This document shows positions 7,955-16,748 of a stretch of DNA of 64,000 nt, piece after piece. A program made the translations under genes and the position numbers. Within the stretch, counting starts at the first letter, position 1. Every line of letters begins with the position of its first letter. Below the pieces are notes generated by a model. It saw nothing but the letters and a program-made list of their open reading frames with translations. It was not told the origin of the DNA and searched no databases. The DNA is from a virus, in IMG/VR virus record IMGVR_UViG_3300032268_001078, positions 1 to 64,000 of that record; one strand, 5' to 3'.

Positions 7955-8319
7955 TTGTTACCTCCGTATTTTTTTTCGTAGTAATCTTGCCCATCATTAA
8001 ATTCTTGATAGTGTTCTTGCCCATCATCCAAATCATTACCCGTTTGGATCGAACAATAGTAGTTGTAATCACCATCATCAAACGCTTTGGCAATTGTATT
8101 CCTTTCAATTTCTTCTAATGAATTTTTATTCTCCCATAGCCATTCAGTAAAACCGCTTCTTCCGCTTTTTGTGAATGCTTCGTAAATTAACCCAACTGCT
8201 GTTTTTTGTTTACTGTTTGTCATTCTTTTATCGTTTAAAAATTTGGTTAGTGTTTCACTTGTTTCATTGCGTAATGCTTTATCAAGTTTGCTTTCAAGTT
8301 TGTTTAAGTCAAGGCTCAT
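7951..8319 (-). CDS. hypothetical phage protein
   Basis: 122 aa, ends YGGNK*. Confidence 0.7.
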   Translation of the reverse strand: MSLDLNKLESKLDKALRNETSETLTKFLNDKRMTNSKQKTAVGLIYEAFTKSGRSGFTEWLWENKNSLEEIERNTIAKAFDDGDYNYYCSIQTGNDLDDGQEHYQEFNDGQDYYEKKYGGNK

Positions 8320-8573
8320 TGTGTATCTCCTTGTATTTTATCACGCATCCATTTTGCACCGTCAATGAATTGTTCATCACAAAAATCATCAAATGCCTTT
8401 TTGCCTATCTCCTCATCACTTGGTAGTTCAATGTTTTTAGTCGGTTTGAGAGATGCAATAAATTCTATCATTTCTATCATTTCTTTATTAAATGGTGCTC
8501 TATCTTCTTTGTGACATACTCCAAAACCAAAAGCAATTGCTTTAATTAAGTCTTCTTCTGTGTATAGTTTCAT
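8316..8573 (-). CDS. hypothetical phage protein (near-identical copy at 19431-19673)
   Basis: MKLYTEEDLIKAIAFGFGVCHKEDRAPFN... in both copies. Confidence 0.75.
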   Translation of the reverse strand: MKLYTEEDLIKAIAFGFGVCHKEDRAPFNKEMIEMIEFIASLKPTKNIELPSDEEIGKKAFDDFCDEQFIDGAKWMRDKIQGDTQ

Positions 8574-8962
8574 TTATGTTTGTTGTTTATTGTTTTTTTT
8601 TGTATTTGAATTAGTTTTTTAAGACAAATAAGTTCAGCTTCTTCGTAAGTTCCGGATCCAATTGAAACCCAAGCCACTCCTGACCAGTAAAATCCAATGT
8701 AGAATTCTTTGGATTCCATTTCGATTTTTACGTCACAGTTGTGGTTCTCTCTAAACCATCTAAATGCTTGAGAATATGATGGTGCTGATACCCGTGATTC
8801 TAATATGTTATGATTTTGACCAAATGGTGTAAGCATTTCAAATGTGGGGTTAGAAGAATGTTTACCTTCATTGTTCTTTTTGTAATGGTAAATACACTCT
8901 TCATCAAATTGAAGTTGCTTTAACTCTAAAGCAGGTTCATATGGTACAAATTCTTTTTTCAT
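8570..8962 (-). CDS. conserved hypothetical phage protein
   Basis: EFVPYE.ALELK.L.FDE...SAP.YSQAFRWFRE...TYEEAEL.CL motif set. Confidence 0.7.
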   Translation of the reverse strand: MKKEFVPYEPALELKQLQFDEECIYHYKKNNEGKHSSNPTFEMLTPFGQNHNILESRVSAPSYSQAFRWFRENHNCDVKIEMESKEFYIGFYWSGVAWVSIGSGTYEEAELICLKKLIQIQKKTINNKHK

Positions 8963-9004
8963 AACTTTTGTTTTATATTTTTCTTAATTTTTCTTATTAT
9001 ACTT

Positions 9005-9033
9005 ATTACACAAACTTTTATTTAAAATTCCCC
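9005..9033 (-). promoter_or_regulatory. class I phage promoter
   Basis: GGGG-N18-GTGTAAT. Confidence 0.75.
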
Positions 9034-9036
9034 TTT

Positions 9037-10047
9037 TTATTTAAAGAGAATGTCTTGAACTAATGCTACATCGTCTTTAGCTAGTTTCTTAAAGTGCTCA
9101 TTCATATTAGCAATAAAGTATGTTTTAATACTATCAGCGTGTTCAGTGTCTTTGAACTTATTCCACATACTCATTCCATATATTTCCCACTTTTTATTCC
9201 ATCTAATTCTATTAGCGTCTAGATATGCAAGCAATGATTTAAAGTTTTTATTATTATACTGTGACATAGCATTGAATCTACCTGTTTGGTTGAATACTGT
9301 ATTCATCAATAAACTAATTTTAAACAAATTGTTTTCAACATTAATATTACTTAACATTTCAATTCCTAAATTAAATGTAGCTGTGTCTTTAGCTAGTAAC
9401 ATTCCTTGTAGTGTTTCATAAATTTCCTCATCTAAATCTAGTCCATCTTTATTTAATGTACTAACTAAGGCATCATCATATACTATAGTAGCATTTATTC
9501 CTACTAATGAATAAAGAAACTCTAATGATTCGTTTTGTTTTTTATTTCTATAACCACGTAATGACCAACCTTGCATTGTTGTACAACGACTTTTTACATC
9601 GAAGTATTCTTGATCCATGTTTTGTTCATAAGGTGCATAATCAGCATTATATAATGTAGTGTTTTCATTGCCATTAGCTAATGTTTTAGCATCATTTTTA
9701 TCAAGTAAATATACTTGTGTAAGTTCTTCTTTCAATAAAGACTGAATTGTGTCTCTTCTAATAACAATTACATCTGCTTTACTTAGTAAAGTAACTTTTT
9801 TTAATTTATTATCTTCAATAAATTCTTTTAATTTAGGTCTGGGTACATCACTAGTTTTATCAATCAAAATACCTGCGTTTGGTTTTAGTGTAGGCATTTT
9901 GTCTTTGATATTACCAATAAAAGTTAGTAATGTGTTAACGTCTGTTTCTTCGATGAAATCTACTTGATTCCAAGTACTGTTTTGATACCTCCAAGCTAAA
10001 GTGTTCCATCCATTTCTTGATACTGATGATAATGTTGTTGTTTTCAT
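9037..10047 (-). CDS. hypothetical protein (possible BRCT-like N-terminal region; helical C-terminal domain shared with 19983-20258)
   Basis: 336 aa; LDEEIYETLQGM..KD....NLGI motif. Confidence 0.7.
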   Translation of the reverse strand: MKTTTLSSVSRNGWNTLAWRYQNSTWNQVDFIEETDVNTLLTFIGNIKDKMPTLKPNAGILIDKTSDVPRPKLKEFIEDNKLKKVTLLSKADVIVIRRDTIQSLLKEELTQVYLLDKNDAKTLANGNENTTLYNADYAPYEQNMDQEYFDVKSRCTTMQGWSLRGYRNKKQNESLEFLYSLVGINATIVYDDALVSTLNKDGLDLDEEIYETLQGMLLAKDTATFNLGIEMLSNINVENNLFKISLLMNTVFNQTGRFNAMSQYNNKNFKSLLAYLDANRIRWNKKWEIYGMSMWNKFKDTEHADSIKTYFIANMNEHFKKLAKDDVALVQDILFK

Positions 10048-10066
10048 AACTTTATTTTTTATACTT

Positions 10067-10095
10067 ATTACACAAATTTATAATTAAAATTCCCC
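10067..10095 (-). promoter_or_regulatory. class I phage promoter
   Basis: GGGG-N18-GTGTAAT. Confidence 0.75.
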
Positions 10096-10097
10096 TT

Positions 10098-10796
10098 TTA
10101 AACAAAATACTTTATTAAGTTTCTTAAGGTTTCTTCACTTGCTCTTGATGATTGAGCTTTAATTGTTTTATCACTATTTAAAAGTTGAATTGAATATGTT
10201 CCTGTTGTGTTTTTAGTAAAACTCAATCCATAAACACCTACTTCCTTGTAATCAAATGATTGAACATAAATTATATTTGGACCGTGAAAGTGTCCTTTAT
10301 AGAATATTTCATCTTGTTTTGTTTCTCTATCAACTTCCTTCAACAAATTATAAACCCATTCTAGTGTTTTACATAGTTGTTTTTTACTTAGAACACTAAC
10401 AAGATGTTCATTTACATTATTTTGATAAGTAAGAAAAATATCACTTTGATTTTTCATAACTTCATAAATCATTTGATTAATACTAAAGCAATACATATCA
10501 TTTTTTAGACTTGAATTACTATGGTCTACAACTAAAGTCATACTTCTAAATTGAAAGCCTTGAAATAAATAATCATTAATTATTACATCACCAATTGCCA
10601 TACCACTAGATCTATGCATAAAAATAATATTACCATAGTAATTATCAATATAAATATCCTTTGTGTCTACATCAAACATTTTACCTAAATCATCTATAAA
10701 AGTTTTTGTTAGTGATATTATTTTATCATAGTAACCATCCATACCTTTAGTTAGAGTATTTAGGTGTTTTTCTACTTCTTGAATTTTTTCAACCAT
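10098..10796 (-). CDS. hypothetical protein
   Basis: 232 aa ORF after a class I promoter. Confidence 0.7.
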   Translation of the reverse strand: MVEKIQEVEKHLNTLTKGMDGYYDKIISLTKTFIDDLGKMFDVDTKDIYIDNYYGNIIFMHRSSGMAIGDVIINDYLFQGFQFRSMTLVVDHSNSSLKNDMYCFSINQMIYEVMKNQSDIFLTYQNNVNEHLVSVLSKKQLCKTLEWVYNLLKEVDRETKQDEIFYKGHFHGPNIIYVQSFDYKEVGVYGLSFTKNTTGTYSIQLLNSDKTIKAQSSRASEETLRNLIKYFV

Positions 10797-10808
10797 TGTT
10801 TTTATATT

Positions 10809-10837
10809 ATTACACAGAAGATTTATTAAGATTCCCC
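10809..10837 (-). promoter_or_regulatory. class I phage promoter
   Basis: GGGG-N18-GTGTAAT. Confidence 0.75.
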
Positions 10838-10992
10838 TTCTTTTTAATATTTTCTTTTAAAAGTTGTTGTTCTAAAGATAATACGTAACATACTCGACCT
10901 ATTGCCCCTTTAGACATTGCTTCTAACATAAGTAGTTCCTCGTCTTTGCAGTTAATAAACCACTTACTCAATTTACCTTCACCTATACGCAT
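10810..10992 (-). CDS. hypothetical protein
   Basis: 60 aa ORF. Confidence 0.5.
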   Translation of the reverse strand: MRIGEGKLSKWFINCKDEELLMLEAMSKGAIGRVCYVLSLEQQLLKENIKKKGNLNKSSV

Positions 10993-10999
10993 TATTTTA

Positions 11000-11740
11000 T
11001 TATTTGCATTTCCAAATAAATTTATTAGCTGATTTTGATTTTCCTTTTAAACACATACTGATTCCACCATGATTTGTTCCTGTTTGTCTAGAAGCTTCTG
11101 CTCCTGATGGCCACTCTTTAATAAATTTACCATTAATATCATATTGTTGTACTGGTGTACTATTTTTATCTCCTATTTTCTTTCCACGTTCTGGATCTTT
11201 ATAACATATATGTCCTATTTTTTTGTTTGTTATTTTATTACCCCACTCATGTTTTGCTTCTTTAGTCATATTATTATGATTTTCACTTATTTTAGCACCC
11301 CATTGTTCTTTTTCTTCTCTGGTCATGTTAGCGTGACCAATACTGATGTTATTACTTATTTCTTGTCTTTGTTCATCAGTCATTGATTGTTTAGCTTTTT
11401 TTATACCTACAGACATTTTATCTTTAGTATGTTGTTCTCTAGGTCCACCCCCACTATCATATAAACCTAAAAATAATACTTTATTCCAATCACCATCCAC
11501 TTGATCTAAATAGTACTGTTTCCAGTGTGTTTCTCTTTCGTCTAATAATTCAACACTACATTCTTCAATTATTTCAAAATTATGTTTATCCCATCCATAT
11601 TTGTTTAATGAGTTAAATATTTTTACTTGCTTTTTAACAGCGTTTATGTTTATGTAATGTTTTTTTCTTTCATTAATATCAAGAGATTGGCCTATATATA
11701 CCTTACCGCTTGGTGATGTTATTTTATATATGCCAATCAT
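11000..11740 (-). CDS. GIY-YIG homing endonuclease with NUMOD-type C-terminus
   Basis: GIYKITSPSGKVYIGQS; C-terminal PVQQYDINGKFIKEWPS...ISMCLKGKSKSANKFIW. Confidence 0.9.
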   Translation of the reverse strand: MIGIYKITSPSGKVYIGQSLDINERKKHYININAVKKQVKIFNSLNKYGWDKHNFEIIEECSVELLDERETHWKQYYLDQVDGDWNKVLFLGLYDSGGGPREQHTKDKMSVGIKKAKQSMTDEQRQEISNNISIGHANMTREEKEQWGAKISENHNNMTKEAKHEWGNKITNKKIGHICYKDPERGKKIGDKNSTPVQQYDINGKFIKEWPSGAEASRQTGTNHGGISMCLKGKSKSANKFIWKCK

Positions 11741-11752
11741 CTTATATAAATA

Positions 11753-13105
11753 TTATTTATTGTTATTTTTGATTTGAATAACAGTACCTGGAAAATTCTC
11801 ACTATTAGCAGTTGTTCCATTACTACAAACAACAAATAACATTGGAATTAATGGTGTTCTAACTGGAGGTGGAACATAAAGGTCAGTTAAATAAATTAAA
11901 TTTTGATATTTGCCTGGTGTTTTAAATATTTCTTCCATTACTGGGTCCATACTTGTTCCTCCACGACCTTGAACCCTTAGAGCTTCTTCTTTTAGTCCTT
12001 TATATTCATAAGTTCTGTGTACATAGCTATCACATTCCATAATAGTCACTTCAGTACCTGATTTAAAAATATGTTCAATTTCATGAAAAAACTCAACTAA
12101 ATCTTGATCACTTACTGACCCTGATGTGTCAATGGCTACTAAGGTTTTACGTTTAGGATTAATTTTAATTGCAGGTCCTGAACCGAAACGAATATTTGGT
12201 TTTTTACGAGTCTTTTTAGTTTCGATTTTACTTGCTCTAGCTCCAAAACGTCTTAGATATGACTTCCAATCAATTACAGCTTCGGTTTTTTCAAATAACT
12301 TATTAATATAAGTACTCAATTCACCAGGTATTGTTCCTCTTGAACGTTGTACTTGTTCAGCCACTTCTTTCATTTGGTGGTCGATTTGTTTCTTAATAAG
12401 TTTCTTTTCTGCTTCAGACATGTTTTCAAATTCTTCCCACAATGAATGCTCATCAGCGTGTCCCTGACCTCTGAACCACTCAGCGAAGTTCTCACTATTT
12501 GAACCAGATCCACCCATACCATCCTCTCCATTTCCCTCATCATTCTCTCCAGAGCCATTTTCTCCATTATTTCCATTACCATTTCCAGATCCAGATCCAC
12601 CTGTTCCTTGACCTTGACCTTGTCCTTGACCTTGTTGTTGTTGCTGTTTATCATATTCATCAAGTTCTTTTTGTAATAAGTTGTAATATACTCTTGTTCC
12701 TGCTTTAGGTGGTAATTTAACACCTTTAAACTCACCATTTTCAATTTCTAATCCTTCCCACGTTTCACCTTTCCAATGATCTTCAATGTATTGATTAATT
12801 TCTAAGTCAGCAGCTACGTTTAGTAGTTGTTTATCTTTAAAATCATCAAACATTCCTAAATGTTCAAATGCAACGTGTAGTAATTCGTGTTTCAAAATAG
12901 CTACTTTAGTATTAGTGTCTTGTTTGTCATAATACTCTGGGTTAACTACTAATTTAATGTTAATTCCATCTTTAGCTACACAGGCGGTAGGTATTGATTT
13001 GCTAAATTCTTTGTTTAGTCCTACTAAAAAGTAACCATAAAATGGTTCTTTCAACATTAATGTACGACCTGCTTTTGCTACGTCTTGTTGTGTGTTTGTG
13101 CTCAT
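11753..13105 (-). CDS. VWA-like protein with N-terminal metallopeptidase domain (DUF2201 type), MoxR partner
   Basis: HELLH (HExxH), MIDAS DTSGS, GRGGTS, IYLTD; Gly/Gln/Asn linker; likely start MSTNTQQ. Confidence 0.85.
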   Translation of the reverse strand: MSTNTQQDVAKAGRTLMLKEPFYGYFLVGLNKEFSKSIPTACVAKDGINIKLVVNPEYYDKQDTNTKVAILKHELLHVAFEHLGMFDDFKDKQLLNVAADLEINQYIEDHWKGETWEGLEIENGEFKGVKLPPKAGTRVYYNLLQKELDEYDKQQQQQGQGQGQGQGTGGSGSGNGNGNNGENGSGENDEGNGEDGMGGSGSNSENFAEWFRGQGHADEHSLWEEFENMSEAEKKLIKKQIDHQMKEVAEQVQRSRGTIPGELSTYINKLFEKTEAVIDWKSYLRRFGARASKIETKKTRKKPNIRFGSGPAIKINPKRKTLVAIDTSGSVSDQDLVEFFHEIEHIFKSGTEVTIMECDSYVHRTYEYKGLKEEALRVQGRGGTSMDPVMEEIFKTPGKYQNLIYLTDLYVPPPVRTPLIPMLFVVCSNGTTANSENFPGTVIQIKNNNK

Positions 13106-13129
13106 AACTTTGTCTTTTTTATTATACTT

Positions 13130-13158
13130 ATTACACAAACTAAAGTAAACTTCCCCCC
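13130..13158 (-). promoter_or_regulatory. class I phage promoter
   Basis: GGGGGG-N16-GTGTAAT. Confidence 0.75.
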
Positions 13159-13608
13159 TTAAACTTGGGAGAAAGCTTCTAAAGTTTGTTTTAGTTTATT
13201 ATACTGTTGTGTATTAATAGATAATGATTCGTGTTTACGTTTGATAAAGTCTAATGCTTTATCTAAACCTAATAAATCTAATTTTAACATTGCATCATAT
13301 CCAACTCGTTCAAACATTTGTTGTGAACCAACAAATGATGTTGAACAACCCACATCAATTTTACGACTAAATTCAGTGTGTCCACCTTTACCTATTTGAC
13401 CTAAATTAGACCCATAAGTATTTCTTCGTGCAGCTTTATTGATGTTTTTTGCTGTAGCTTTGTCTACGTGTTGTACTGTGTTTCCGGTTTTATGGTATGT
13501 AATATCAACCGTTCCATACGCGTCTTCTGTGCTGCAATCAACACAGTGCTTGAATCCTAATTCAATGCGTTTTTGTGGTAACTTATTATAACAACTTTTA
13601 CAATTCAT
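13159..13608 (-). CDS. hypothetical protein with N-terminal TraR/DksA-like C4 zinc finger
   Basis: CKSC...LPQKRIELGFKHCVDC. Confidence 0.6.
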   Translation of the reverse strand: MNCKSCYNKLPQKRIELGFKHCVDCSTEDAYGTVDITYHKTGNTVQHVDKATAKNINKAARRNTYGSNLGQIGKGGHTEFSRKIDVGCSTSFVGSQQMFERVGYDAMLKLDLLGLDKALDFIKRKHESLSINTQQYNKLKQTLEAFSQV

Positions 13609-13614
13609 ATAAAT

Positions 13615-13643
13615 ATGACACAAAAGGGGATTTAAAATCCCCC
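13615..13643 (-). promoter_or_regulatory. class I promoter variant overlapping a terminator-like hairpin
   Basis: GGGGG-N17-GTGTCAT; AAAAGGGGGATTT/AAATCCCCTTTT inverted repeat. Confidence 0.6.
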
Positions 13644-13652
13644 TTTTTTTAA

Positions 13653-13763
13653 TTAATCTTCTTCTTCAACTACAACAACCTTTTTCTTTGGTCGTTTAGT
13701 TGCTAACTCAGCTAACCATACTTTAAGTACAGCTAGTTTTTGTTGATTAGTTGTTTTGCTCAT
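13653..13763 (-). CDS. hypothetical protein, 36 aa
   Basis: MSKTTNQQKLAVLKVWL... Confidence 0.45.
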   Translation of the reverse strand: MSKTTNQQKLAVLKVWLAELATKRPKKKVVVVEEED

Positions 13764-14004
13764 CTGTAATTTCTCCTGTGTTGATGTTTAATTTACCTAA
13801 ACCATATTTACTTTGTAAATCGGCTTGAATCGTTTCACGTAGTGTTAATGCTTGTTCTGCTTTTTCAAGCCATACACGACGTTCTTTCTTCATGTTTTCA
13901 ATTTCCAATGTGAATTGACCCACATTGAATGATGCTTGTTCGTACTCGCCTACTGATTTTTGTAGTGCTGCGAGTTCTTCCTGTGTGATTTGTTTATTTG
14001 ACAT
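13747..14004 (-). CDS. hypothetical coiled-coil phage protein
   Basis: 85 aa, ...LQSKYGLGKLNINTGEI. Confidence 0.7.
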   Translation of the reverse strand: MSNKQITQEELAALQKSVGEYEQASFNVGQFTLEIENMKKERRVWLEKAEQALTLRETIQADLQSKYGLGKLNINTGEITDEQNN

Positions 14005-14006
14005 TA

Positions 14007-14378
14007 TTAATTTCTGTTATTTCCTTCATATAATCCATAAAACCAATTATTAAACCAATTTTTAAATTTTCTAATTGATTTAGTAATTTCAATTTTAGTT
14101 TTACGTTTAGCACAACTGATTAAAATAAAATCATCAGTTTCTTCTTTAGATCTCCAATATGCTTTAAATGCTCTGTGGAATGATTTTGAATCCATTTTTA
14201 ACATAGTAAAGAATGCTGTGCGTTGAATATCATCTTCAAATTTCCACTTATAGTTTTCATAATTGGCTATTTTGATTTCTTTGCTTGCTTCGCCTTTACT
14301 AAACAATTCAAATCCATTTTTAAATGGTTTAAATATTAAACTGTCGTCTTCATTAATGTGATAGTAAAAATTATTCAT
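14007..14378 (-). CDS. hypothetical protein
   Basis: 123 aa ORF after a class I promoter. Confidence 0.65.
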   Translation of the reverse strand: MNNFYYHINEDDSLIFKPFKNGFELFSKGEASKEIKIANYENYKWKFEDDIQRTAFFTMLKMDSKSFHRAFKAYWRSKEETDDFILISCAKRKTKIEITKSIRKFKNWFNNWFYGLYEGNNRN

Positions 14379-14393
14379 ATTTTTTTATATAAT

Positions 14394-14422
14394 ATTACAC
14401 AAAATCTTTTTTTAAAAACCCC
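14394..14422 (-). promoter_or_regulatory. class I phage promoter
   Basis: GGGG-N18-GTGTAAT. Confidence 0.75.
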
Positions 14423-15080
14423 TTAAATTAAGATCTTTAATTACTTTATTAGCGATTTTTTTATGACCTGTTGGATTCATATGACATAAACCATCCCAAC
14501 AATCAGTTCTTGCTACTACTCTAGTGTCAATTACTTGAGCAAATTCCATAGGTTCAGTTAGTAGTAGTCTTTGAAACGTAGCATACCTGCCAGCATAGTA
14601 TTTATTAGGTGTTCTTGTACAAGTTACAGGATCAAATCCAGTTATAACAACACATTTAACTCCTAACCCATTACACATCTTAGCAATACCTTTAATATTG
14701 TCTACAGCTTCTTTAGGTGTAATTGAACTTATATACATATCATTTGCTCCACCATACACAAAACAATAGTCTATTTTATTATTTAGTTTAAGATGTGCTT
14801 GTTCTAACATCCAATAAGTTGTTTTACCTAATACAGATACATTAATCATATTAAAACCAACTTTATTACTTAATTGTGTTTGCCAACCATTTCTGTAATT
14901 GGCTGTATGTGAATCACCTATAAATAATGCTGTTTTACCTTTAACATTAATTATTACTGGAGTATCTACTACAGTTGAATCAGTTTGTGATTGAATAGGT
15001 GTTGGAGTTGTAGCCGAAACTACAACCCAACCTAAACCTAAACTTAATACAGTTAATATTAAACCGTCTTTTAAGATCAT
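14412..15080 (-). CDS. SGNH/GDSL hydrolase, N-terminally anchored
   Basis: FIGDSHT (block I), GGAND (block III), DGLCHMN (block V). Confidence 0.85.
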   Translation of the reverse strand: MILKDGLILTVLSLGLGWVVVSATTPTPIQSQTDSTVVDTPVIINVKGKTALFIGDSHTANYRNGWQTQLSNKVGFNMINVSVLGKTTYWMLEQAHLKLNNKIDYCFVYGGANDMYISSITPKEAVDNIKGIAKMCNGLGVKCVVITGFDPVTCTRTPNKYYAGRYATFQRLLLTEPMEFAQVIDTRVVARTDCWDGLCHMNPTGHKKIANKVIKDLNLRGF

Positions 15081-15967
15081 TTTGTTCTAATTATTTTTTT
15101 ACGTTGTCCATTATCATATAAAAATATGTATGGAACATTGTCTTCAACATGATTGACAGGTCTACCTAACATATCATATGTTCCAATTAATTTAGGTTCA
15201 CGATAAGTTACAATTAAGTCTTCTACTTTAAGAGTTACACAAGGGTCAATAGTTAATCTTATATACATTGTAGTATCATTGCCAATACAATAATGTTGCC
15301 AAAATACTCTTAATACATATCTACCAGGCTTTCTGAATTTATAGTTTAGTTTTCTAGCAAAATCTAAAGTATCTGACTTTCTATAAACAACATCTTTCGT
15401 GTCATAACTAAAACCACCATTAAACAATGTAGGATCATTTTTCCATCGGTCTTCACTAATACTATCTAAATTAACATTACCAATTGAAATATTTTTAATT
15501 AAGTCAAATCCATACCACCAACACCAATTGGCAGGTTCTGCTGTCATTTTAGTTAATTCACCAGCTAAACTATCTATACAACTAGAGTCGTAAGTTGATA
15601 ACATTCTATAATTAAGAACACATTTGTTAAAGTAATGGTAGTCAACATAGTCATAGATAGTTGTATCACAACCGGTACAAGTGTTTCTTAATTTAAGATT
15701 GAATCGATATTTACCTTTATGTGGAAGATAAATTCGTGGGAAAAGATCAGTTCTTTGTAAGTTGGTTAGAACTTTATTTGTTGATAGGTCGATAACGTTG
15801 TATTCGTATTTAACGCAAGTGTCTTTGAACGTATTTCCGGTTATTCTCCACAGGTAGTAATTTTCACTACTCATTTGTTCAATGTTAACTGAAGCCCATG
15901 TACATTTTGCATTTGCTGTTGCTAAGGAGGCCAAAAGCATTAACAGCGTTAGTATTTTTTTCATCAT
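15077..15967 (-). CDS. secreted protein with a T9SS-like C-terminal sorting segment
   Basis: Signal peptide MKKILTLLMLLASLATANA; PKD-like GKYRFNLKL.NTC and PGRYVLRV; C-terminal TYDMLGRPV...YIFLYDNGQRKKII. Confidence 0.6.
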   Translation of the reverse strand: MMKKILTLLMLLASLATANAKCTWASVNIEQMSSENYYLWRITGNTFKDTCVKYEYNVIDLSTNKVLTNLQRTDLFPRIYLPHKGKYRFNLKLRNTCTGCDTTIYDYVDYHYFNKCVLNYRMLSTYDSSCIDSLAGELTKMTAEPANWCWWYGFDLIKNISIGNVNLDSISEDRWKNDPTLFNGGFSYDTKDVVYRKSDTLDFARKLNYKFRKPGRYVLRVFWQHYCIGNDTTMYIRLTIDPCVTLKVEDLIVTYREPKLIGTYDMLGRPVNHVEDNVPYIFLYDNGQRKKIIRTK

Positions 15968-15977
15968 AACTTTTTGT

Positions 15978-16202
15978 TTAATCAAATTTTAATCCTTGTT
16001 CAGACATTTGTTCGTGTAAGAAATCTCTAATTTCGTGTAATGCTTTATATGTTTCTTCTGACATAGTGTCTGGAGCGTATTTGGTTTTAGCTCTTAATTC
16101 TTGATCTACTTTCCACATTGCAAATGACCATTTACCTCCATTAACAGCATCGTTAAATTCTGGTTGTTCTTCTGGTAAGTTAAATTCTAATATTGCTTTC
16201 AT
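15978..16202 (-). CDS. conserved hypothetical phage protein
   Basis: MKAILEFNLPEEQ.EF..A..G..W. Confidence 0.7.
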   Translation of the reverse strand: MKAILEFNLPEEQPEFNDAVNGGKWSFAMWKVDQELRAKTKYAPDTMSEETYKALHEIRDFLHEQMSEQGLKFD

Positions 16203-16211
16203 ATTTTTATT

Positions 16212-16748
16212 TTATGGTTGTACTTGGTATGATGTACCATATGGTGTAGGTACATTGTGTATAAAACTATTAGTAATATTAGTAATAGTACCTGTTGTAG
16301 CATATATATTTGAACCAACTGCAATACTATTACTAGTTCCTGCCATTAAGTTAATTTTATGTTCTTTTATTTTAAAACACTTAACATTTTTAGGATGAAT
16401 TACTTGTTTAATAGTTAAGTTATTGCTTGATAGTGCGAGTGTTTTTTTTTGTCTATTCCAATCTCTAATCTTCCTTTTGTCGTCGTGTTTTTCTTTAACA
16501 TTATTCCATATTAGTCTTGTGATTACATGTAAATCAGCTTTATCTATATAACCACTTATGAAATCAGTAACAGAATAGTATATACCTGCTTCATTTGTTT
16601 TTTTATTAAAAACTCTAATGTTAACACTTCCCATATCCCAGTTTGTTTGAGGTGTAATGCGCCAATAATAATCGTAACGTTGTCTAATTTTTTTCAATAG
16701 TTTTACTTTCATCTTATATAATATAATAAAGTTTAAATTAAAAGCCAA
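16212..16748 (-). CDS. hypothetical protein
   Basis: 178 aa ORF; true start may be an internal MKVKLLKK. Confidence 0.55.
   Translation of the reverse strand: MAFNLNFIILYKMKVKLLKKIRQRYDYYWRITPQTNWDMGSVNIRVFNKKTNEAGIYYSVTDFISGYIDKADLHVITRLIWNNVKEKHDDKRKIRDWNRQKKTLALSSNNLTIKQVIHPKNVKCFKIKEHKINLMAGTSNSIAVGSNIYATTGTITNITNSFIHNVPTPYGTSYQVQP

Noticed and set aside
12490-12660. Gln/Gly/Asn-rich repeats as a separate repeat element
   Set aside because: They encode the low-complexity linker typical of DUF2201/VWA proteins
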